NCBI GenBank assembly: GCA_036556145.1
Contig: DATBKB010000023.1
Location: 1-57,351 of the forward strand
DNA: 57,351 nt
Reading direction: 5' to 3'
Source: Candidatus Limnocylindrales bacterium
GTDB taxonomy: Bacteria; Chloroflexota; Limnocylindria; Limnocylindrales; CSP1-4
Positions 51,744 to 57,351 of the stretch are shown in pieces. Numbering within the stretch: position 1 is the stretch's first letter; each line of letters opens with the position of its first letter. The notes under the pieces are model-generated. The model worked only from the letters and a program-made list of their open reading frames with translations, had not been told where the DNA came from and did not search any database. A program made the position numbers and the translations under genes.

Positions 51744-52951
51744 CAGCGCCGGCCGTAGCGCTGGAAGACCCACGACAAGCCGACCAGGACGAGGACGATG
51801 AGTCCGATGCCGACGAGGAACCACGTCTGCGACGTCTCGACGGTGACCCGAAGCTCGAGCGTCTCATTGCCGCCGTCCGCGGTCGTGGCGGTGACAGTCA
51901 CGGCGTAGTCGCCCGCAATGGCGCTGCCGGACGGCGTGAGGTGGACGTTCACCGTCTGCGGCGCGTCGGTGCCGACCTGGTCGACCGTCTCGGGCTCGAA
52001 CTCGACGTTCCAGCCCTGTGGCGGCGTGGCGCTGAGCGTCACGGCGTTGACCGGTGCGGTCCCGTCGTTGATGACGAGGACCTGGAAATCCTTCCGCTGT
52101 CCCGCGGACGCGGTGACGCGAAGGTTCTGGTCCGGCGTCGACAGCCGGTATGCCGTGTTGCCGACGATCTCGACCGCGAGGTCGGCCGTCGCGCTGACGT
52201 CGCCGGACGTCGCCGTCACCTTGATCGGATAGGCGCCGGCCGCGACCGTGTCCGGCGGATCGACGGACACGGAGATCGTCTCCTGTGCGCCCGCGTCCAC
52301 CTGGAAGCTGGCGGCCTGGGTCTGGCCCGACGGATTCGCGTCCACGGACCAGCCCGCGCCCGGGCTCTCCGTCGACAGCGAGAACGTGAGCTGGCGCGGC
52401 GTGTCGTTCTTCAGCGAGAGGCTGAACGGGAACGTCGCGTTCGCGTCGTCACGGAGTGCCGGGTTGTCGGTCGTCAGGGTGACCTCGCCGCCGGCCGCGG
52501 CCGCGACCCGAAGGTCGAGGTCGAGGGTGTCAACCGCGGCGCCCCCGCCATTCGCGCGAATCGAGATGCGGTACGTCCCGTCTGCGGCGTCCTCCGGCAC
52601 GTCGACGTCGAGTGAGAGCTCGGGGCTGCTCGATGGCCCCGCCGTCACGCCGTCGACGATGAAGCCGCCGCCACGGATCGTTGCGTCCCAGCCCTGCGGG
52701 ACCGCCGTCACCGCGAGCGACACGCGCCGCTCGACGTTCGAGGCGAGGTTCAGGTCGAATGACGCGGTGTTCCCCGGTTCGACGGCGACCGCCGCGTACG
52801 GCGTCGAGATCTCGACGCCTCCGGCCGCCCGGATCGAGGGGGCGAGCTGGAGCGTCGCGAGCCCGGCGAGTGCCAGGGCCAGGCCGGCGCGGCGGAGGCG
52901 GCGCTTCGGCGCCGCCGGTGGGATCGACGAGGTCGACGAGGTCGCGGTCAT
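51743..52951 (-). CDS. Secreted NEW3-domain (COG1470-like) protein with C-terminal TM anchor
   Basis: About 402 aa. A signal peptide (KRRLRRAGLALALAGLATL) is followed by three to four Ig-like repeats, each containing a P.GW....(P) motif, and a C-terminal TM helix (WFLVGIGLIVLVLVGLSWVF). Start alternatives extend up to 53077. Confidence 0.75.
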   Translation of the reverse strand: MTATSSTSSIPPAAPKRRLRRAGLALALAGLATLQLAPSIRAAGGVEISTPYAAVAVEPGNTASFDLNLASNVERRVSLAVTAVPQGWDATIRGGGFIVDGVTAGPSSSPELSLDVDVPEDAADGTYRISIRANGGGAAVDTLDLDLRVAAAAGGEVTLTTDNPALRDDANATFPFSLSLKNDTPRQLTFSLSTESPGAGWSVDANPSGQTQAASFQVDAGAQETISVSVDPPDTVAAGAYPIKVTATSGDVSATADLAVEIVGNTAYRLSTPDQNLRVTASAGQRKDFQVLVINDGTAPVNAVTLSATPPQGWNVEFEPETVDQVGTDAPQTVNVHLTPSGSAIAGDYAVTVTATTADGGNETLELRVTVETSQTWFLVGIGLIVLVLVGLSWVFQRYGRR

Positions 52952-53183
52952 CCGACGGCCGTCCGGCCGTCCACGTGCATCGTTCGGCACCCAGGCTCCT
53001 CCCGGCGGTGGTGTCTCACGCGCATCCGTCGGGGCCGGCGTCGCCGGCCTCCCCTTCTCGCGGGCCGAATCTCGCACCTGCCGTCAGGCAGAGGTCAACC
53101 AAGGCCCGGTGAGCAGACGGTTGCGAGACGTGAATCTACCGAGCGACCGGAATCCGTGCTGGCGTGGGCACCCCTGTGGCGGA

Positions 53184-53621
53184 TCAGCCGGCGGCGGCGA
53201 CGACCTCCACCCGTGAGGCCAGGTCCTCACCCAGATCGATCTCCTCGTCGGGCACGAGGACGAGGCTGGCGCCCTGCGACTCGGCGTATTCCCGGAGGCC
53301 GTCGGCATCGTTCTTTTCCGGCACCCAGCCGTAGGCCTCGACGCCGCGTGCCCGCGCGTCCCGGACCTGGTCGGCGAGCGGCGCCCGGCCGAGGGCCTCG
53401 AGCTCGTTCACCGTCAGCCGGTCGCCGTACTGCTGCTCCTCGCCATCCGCCGACCAGTTCGTCGGACGCGGGCTCTCCAGCAGCGTGCTGCCCGCATCGA
53501 CGTCGAACAGGACCAACGGCGCGCCGCCGTCGCGGGCCCGCTCGATCGCTCGCCGTCGCACGTGGTCGTATCGGCCGTCCTCGCCGACGACCGCCACGAT
53601 GGTTCCTGCTGGCTGGGCCAT
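53184..53621 (-). CDS. Hypothetical acidic protein (possible USP-like alpha/beta fold)
   Basis: 145 aa. GGAGG lies 7 nt before ATG 53621. The pattern IVAVVG...LVLFDVD...ASLVLVP suggests alternating strand/helix topology. No motif was recognised. Confidence 0.5.
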   Translation of the reverse strand: MAQPAGTIVAVVGEDGRYDHVRRRAIERARDGGAPLVLFDVDAGSTLLESPRPTNWSADGEEQQYGDRLTVNELEALGRAPLADQVRDARARGVEAYGWVPEKNDADGLREYAESQGASLVLVPDEEIDLGEDLASRVEVVAAAG

Positions 53622-53715
53622 GGCAACCTCCGCGCATGTGGGATCCGATGGTCGCCCGAGCCGCGTGACAGGCGCATTGCACGAGCGGGCCGCGACAGCA
53701 CGGGCGGTCGGAGGG

Positions 53716-54537
53716 TCAGGGCGTGGGCGGCCCTCCGGTCGTGTCAAGGAAGTCGAGCACGAGCCGGTCGAAGAGGTCGGGGCGTTCCCACATCGGGGCA
53801 TGGCCCGCGTCCGGGACGATGGCGAAGGTCGCGCCCGGGATCGTGCCGGCCAGGCGACGACCGGCCGCCGGCGGGATGAGCGCGTCGCCGTCGCCCCAGA
53901 CGACGAGTGTCGGCGCAGCGATCCGGGGCAGGTGGTCGCTCAGGTCGGCCGCGAGCAGCTCACGGCCGGCGCGCAGGATGACGAGCGGGCCGGCGCGGAG
54001 GATGTCGGCGACCGCGATCCGGAGGAGCCGGCGTTCGCTGCGGCCGCCGCCGCGGAGCAGGTTCCGGACGTGACCCGGGATCGAGCCCTCGAGCGGCAGG
54101 GCGGCCGCGTCGACGAGGACGAGTCGATCCACGAGGTCCGGTCGCGTGGCCGCGAGGTCGGCCGCGACGTGCCCGCCGAGGGAGTGCCCGATCACCGCGG
54201 TTCGCCGGACGCCGATCGCGTCGAGCCACGCGGCGAGCAGCCCGGCGATCGTGTCGAGGCGGAACCACTGCCGGCGGCTCGCCCCGAAGCCGGCCATGTC
54301 GACGACGAGGAGGCGATGGCGGGCGCCCAGTCCGGCGAGGTTCCGCTCCCACCACCAGCCGGACGCCGCGAGGCCGTGGACGAGAACGATCGGCTCGCCG
54401 GTCGGGTTGCCGGCCTCGACCCAGGCGATGCGCCCACGGTCGAGCTGCACGCTGCTGAACGGCAGGTCCATGCCCGTGCCGGACAGCCACTCGAGGAACC
54501 CGCGGGTGGGGCGGCGGCGGCGCAATGCCGTTGCCAT
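53716..54537 (-). CDS. Alpha/beta hydrolase
   Basis: 273 aa from ATG 54537 with an HG oxyanion motif (LVHGLA), a nucleophile elbow GHSLGG, and distal Asp and His (DAGHAPMWE). Confidence 0.88.
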   Translation of the reverse strand: MATALRRRRPTRGFLEWLSGTGMDLPFSSVQLDRGRIAWVEAGNPTGEPIVLVHGLAASGWWWERNLAGLGARHRLLVVDMAGFGASRRQWFRLDTIAGLLAAWLDAIGVRRTAVIGHSLGGHVAADLAATRPDLVDRLVLVDAAALPLEGSIPGHVRNLLRGGGRSERRLLRIAVADILRAGPLVILRAGRELLAADLSDHLPRIAAPTLVVWGDGDALIPPAAGRRLAGTIPGATFAIVPDAGHAPMWERPDLFDRLVLDFLDTTGGPPTP

Positions 54538-54742
54538 GTCCCCATGATCGCCCACGCTTGACGAATCTGCCGCGCGTCGGCGATGATTCATGGGCCCGCA
54601 GCGCAGGCACCCACGGAGCCCATCCCGCTCCAGGCGTGCCGCCCGGGCTCTGAACACCCGCTCCGGCCGGGATCGGCCGTCGAGCGAACCAGCGGCCGCG
54701 ACGCCACCACAACGGCTGCGCGCGGCGAGAAAGAACCGAACG

Positions 54743-54931
54743 ATGACATCCCGAACACTTGCCACGTCCTTCGCCGGGCGCTCGAGCTCGATGCGGAGGC
54801 AGCGTCGCCGCACGGCCGCGGCCGGCCGTCTCTTCTGCCGGACGAACGGCTGCGCGAGCTTCCTGCAGCTCGATCCCGCGGGTCGCACCGCGACCTGCCC
54901 GGTCTGCGGCTACACCCGAACCCTGCGCTGA
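54743..54931 (+). CDS. Possible 62-aa Arg-rich zinc-ribbon microprotein
   Basis: MTSRTLATSFAGRSSSMRRQRRRTAAAGRLFCRTNGCASFLQLDPAGRTATCPVCGYTRTLR. It has a CxxxxC...CxxC arrangement and strong G/C third-position bias, and ends 37 nt before the aminotransferase ATG. There is no clear SD. Confidence 0.4.
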   Translation: MTSRTLATSFAGRSSSMRRQRRRTAAAGRLFCRTNGCASFLQLDPAGRTATCPVCGYTRTLR

Positions 54932-54968
54932 CGTTCCGGGCCCCGTGACGGGGCCCGCGTCCCCGGCC

Positions 54969-56348
54969 ATGCCGGGCGATCATTCGGCCGTGCGTACCGT
55001 GGCCGTCGATCGCACCCGCCTCGCGTCCCTCATGGAACGCGAGCAGCGCGACTTCATCCGGCGCCACCCCAGGTCGCAGGCGCTCCACGAGCGCGCCCGC
55101 GGCTCGCTGCTCGACGGCGTCCCGATGAACTGGATGGTCAAGTGGGCCGGCGCCTTCCCGCTCTTCGTCGAGCAGGCCCGCGGCGCTCGCTTCACCGACG
55201 TCGACGGCCATGAATACGTCGACTTCTGTCTCGGCGACACCGGGGCGATGGCGGGCCACGGGCCGGCGCCGACGATCCGCGCCGTCGAGGCCCAATTGCG
55301 ACGCGGCATCACCCACATGCTGCCGACGGAGGACGCGATCGCCGCCGGAGACGAGCTGCGCCGGCGCTTCGGCTTGCGCTGGTGGCAGTTCACGATCACG
55401 GCGACCGACGCGAACCGCTTCTCGATCCGCCTCGCCCGCCGGATCACCGGCCGGCCGCTCGTCGCGGTCCACGACCACAACTACCACGGCTCCGTCGACG
55501 AGACGTTCGCGACGCTCGAGGACGGGCGCGTCGTGCCGAGCAAGGGCAGCATCGGGCCGCCGGTCGACCCGGCGCTGACGACGCGCGTCGTCGAGTTCAA
55601 CGACGTCGACGGCCTCGAGCGCACGCTCGCCGACCGTCAGGTCGCCGCGCTGCTCATCGAGCCCGCGTTGACGAACGTCGGCATCGTGCTCCCCGAGCCC
55701 GGCTACCTCGAGGCCGTTCGCGAGGTCACGCGCCGGACGGGGACGATCCTCATCCACGACGAGACGCACACGATCTGTGCCGGCCCCGGTGGGGTCACCC
55801 GCGCGCAGGGACTCGACCCGGACATGCTCGTCATCGGCAAGACGATCGGCGGCGGCATTCCCGCGGGGACCTACGGCATGACCGAGGCGGTCGGCGAACG
55901 CGTGTCGGCCTCGATCCCCATCGAGGAGTCGGACATCGGCGGGGTCGGCGGAACCCTGGCCGGCTACGCGCTGTCGATGGCCGCCGTTCGAGCGACCCTC
56001 GAGCACGTCCTCACGGACGAGGCCTTCGCGCGGATGCTGCCCCTCGGCGAGCGCTGGGCAGCGGGCGCCACCGACGTCATCGAGCGGCGCGGCGCCCCGT
56101 GGCACGTGACGCGCCTGGGCGCCCGGGCGGAGTACCACTTCATGCCGAACCCGCCGCGAACCGGCGCGGAGCAGGCGGCCCACGCCGACTTCGAGCTCGA
56201 GCGATTCCTCCACCTGTGGGCGATGAACCGCGGCATCCTCATGACGCCGTTCCACAACATGGCGCTGATGTCGCCGGCGACGACGGAGGCCGACGTCGAC
56301 GCGCACACGGCGGCCTTCGACGAGGCGCTCGAGGCCCTCTTCGGCTGA
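54969..56348 (+). CDS. Class-III (PLP-dependent) aminotransferase, glutamate-1-semialdehyde aminomutase-like
   Basis: 459 aa from ATG 54969 with DFCLGDTGAM, LIEPALTN, IHDETH and the PLP-lysine context LVIGKTIGGG. Confidence 0.88.
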   Translation: MPGDHSAVRTVAVDRTRLASLMEREQRDFIRRHPRSQALHERARGSLLDGVPMNWMVKWAGAFPLFVEQARGARFTDVDGHEYVDFCLGDTGAMAGHGPAPTIRAVEAQLRRGITHMLPTEDAIAAGDELRRRFGLRWWQFTITATDANRFSIRLARRITGRPLVAVHDHNYHGSVDETFATLEDGRVVPSKGSIGPPVDPALTTRVVEFNDVDGLERTLADRQVAALLIEPALTNVGIVLPEPGYLEAVREVTRRTGTILIHDETHTICAGPGGVTRAQGLDPDMLVIGKTIGGGIPAGTYGMTEAVGERVSASIPIEESDIGGVGGTLAGYALSMAAVRATLEHVLTDEAFARMLPLGERWAAGATDVIERRGAPWHVTRLGARAEYHFMPNPPRTGAEQAAHADFELERFLHLWAMNRGILMTPFHNMALMSPATTEADVDAHTAAFDEALEALFG

Positions 56349-56445
56349 CCCGGCGGCGCCCGCCCGCCGCCGGACTTCCGGCGCGAAATCGCTGGGACGA
56401 AATGCCCACCCGGCCGGCGTCCCGGGCGGTGGCCCGACGGCTATC

Positions 56446-57351
56446 GTGGCCGCCCGGGCCGGCAGCGCCCCGCCCGAATCGTCGCTGGAGGAACGTCCCC
56501 TGAGCGTCGGGCTCCGCATCGTCGGCCAGGCGGCCAAGCGTGGCCTCATCCCCCGCCTCCCGAGCGCCGACGCGCTGCTCGGGGAGGTCGAGCGTTGGCT
56601 CGGGATGGAGGCGCGGGAGACCGCGACGGGGGCGCCCTGGGTCGCCTTCGGGACGCCGCTCGCGACGCTGCGGACGTCGCTCCATCCGGCCGCAACCGAC
56701 GTCGAGTTCATCGCCGACGAGGCCGCTCGGCTGACCGTCACTGCGACGACCGCCGAGGCCGGACCCGGGTATCACACGTACCTCTGCCAACTCCTCAAGC
56801 GGCTGGGCACCGACGTGAACATCGAGTGGGAGCCGGCCGATGCGTCCGTTGGGACGGGCGACGAGACGGGCTACTTCGAGTCGGGCCGGCGGTCGGACGC
56901 GGAGACCGCGCTGCTCTTCTGGTTGCGCGACAACCTCCAGGCCGCCTGCGACGCGCGCGAGCGCGGGAAGCCACCGGTGCAGCTCGTCGCGGTGCCCGGT
57001 CATCGATTCACGTTCGAGGGCGCGATTGCGACCGCGCTCGGGCCGCGTGACGACGACTGGCTGAAGACCGCCGTCAACGATCCGCGGGTCGCGGCCGACG
57101 TCTGGCCGTGGATCGCGGACGCGATGGACGCCCGCTACCTGCTGAATCGCGCGCTCGTCCTCATGTGGACGCGCGTCCGATGGCGCGCGCCGGGCACGGA
57201 CGAGGAGCGGGAGACGATCGAGGAAGTCCTTCGACTCCTGCGCAAGGCCTTCCCGTTCGATCCCGATCTCGCCTACCCCTGGCGCGAGTGGCACGAGCTC
57301 CTCGAGCTGTCCGGCGCCGTCGATCCGATGGCCGAGCGAATCGCGAAGGAG
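56446..57351 (+). CDS. Hypothetical protein, 3' end beyond the window
   Basis: The plus frame (codon phase of 56500) is open to the last base. The translation ...LSVGLRIVGQAAKRGLIPRLPSADALLGEVERWLGMEARE...YHTYLCQLLKRLGTDVNIEWEP...WPWIADAMDARYLLNRALVLMWTRVRW... is protein-like with strong G/C3 bias. The start is unresolved: GTG 56446, or CTG 56500, which lies 7 nt after GGAGGA. It is absent from the ORF track because there is no stop in the window. Confidence 0.5.
   Translation, partial: MAARAGSAPPESSLEERPLSVGLRIVGQAAKRGLIPRLPSADALLGEVERWLGMEARETATGAPWVAFGTPLATLRTSLHPAATDVEFIADEAARLTVTATTAEAGPGYHTYLCQLLKRLGTDVNIEWEPADASVGTGDETGYFESGRRSDAETALLFWLRDNLQAACDARERGKPPVQLVAVPGHRFTFEGAIATALGPRDDDWLKTAVNDPRVAADVWPWIADAMDARYLLNRALVLMWTRVRWRAPGTDEERETIEEVLRLLRKAFPFDPDLAYPWREWHELLELSGAVDPMAERIAKE

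Noticed and set aside
1-57351. Search for rRNA, tRNA, CRISPR arrays, IS elements/transposases, integrases, prophage genes and toxin-antitoxin pairs
   Set aside because: No intergenic region has tRNA-like T-arm/acceptor features that I could recognise. No regularly spaced direct repeats, transposase/integrase-like ORFs or terminal inverted repeats were seen. Absence was judged by eye only; tRNAscan-SE, Infernal, ISEScan and CRISPR finders should confirm it.

Overview
Very GC-rich chromosomal segment; third codon positions are almost always G/C. This fills all six frames with long shadow ORFs, so most entries in the supplied track are antisense artefacts. I kept one coherent, non-overlapping gene set of about 55 CDS. 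Gene content and operon style point to an actinobacterium-like high-GC lineage: many GTG/TTG starts, 1-4 nt start/stop overlaps, a DUF3090/SCO1664 pair, glf, an LLM-type oxidoreductase, ROK regulators, and a sugar ABC importer with no ATPase gene of its own. The exact taxon cannot be determined from the sequence.

Content from left to right:
- Minus-strand stress island: PRC-barrel, BON, dnaK, grpE, ClpP-fold SDH-type protease and hsp20, with a divergent HdeD-like membrane protein.
- A PAS-like/Crp-family regulator, an alditol-oxidase-like flavoenzyme, a GH65 phosphorylase/hydrolase and a malic enzyme.
- A VanW-domain protein, a second hsp20, and small membrane proteins.
- A glycosyltransferase plus UDP-galactopyranose mutase, an LLM oxidoreductase, a hemerythrin, and a second PAS-like protein.
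- An APC permease and an MFS-FGGY kinase-HAD operon.
- A ten-gene minus-strand GlcNAc/chitooligosaccharide locus: ROK regulator, ROK kinase, binding protein, two permeases, GH3 NagZ-like, NagA, SIS-type deaminase, then MgtC.
- A class A PBP.
- A small regulatory cassette: micro-ORF, XRE, XRE-TPR and wHTH.
- A membrane-anchored sulfite-oxidase-fold enzyme and the DUF3090/SCO1664 pair.
- A NEW3-domain protein/ABC-2 exporter operon that continues into a ParB-like protein and a metallophosphoesterase.
- An alpha/beta hydrolase, a class-III aminotransferase, and a partial unknown ORF at the right edge.

I could not recognise any rRNA, tRNA, CRISPR array, IS element or prophage.

The most interesting signal is at 42.6-45.0 kb. 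A 37-codon signal-peptide-like micro-ORF, absent from the ORF track, has a strong Shine-Dalgarno and a terminator. It is divergently paired with XRE, XRE-TPR and winged-helix genes. That layout resembles RNPP/Rgg/AimR peptide-signalling modules, which are known mainly from low-GC Firmicutes.

All functional calls rest on motif and domain recognition by eye. No database search was run.
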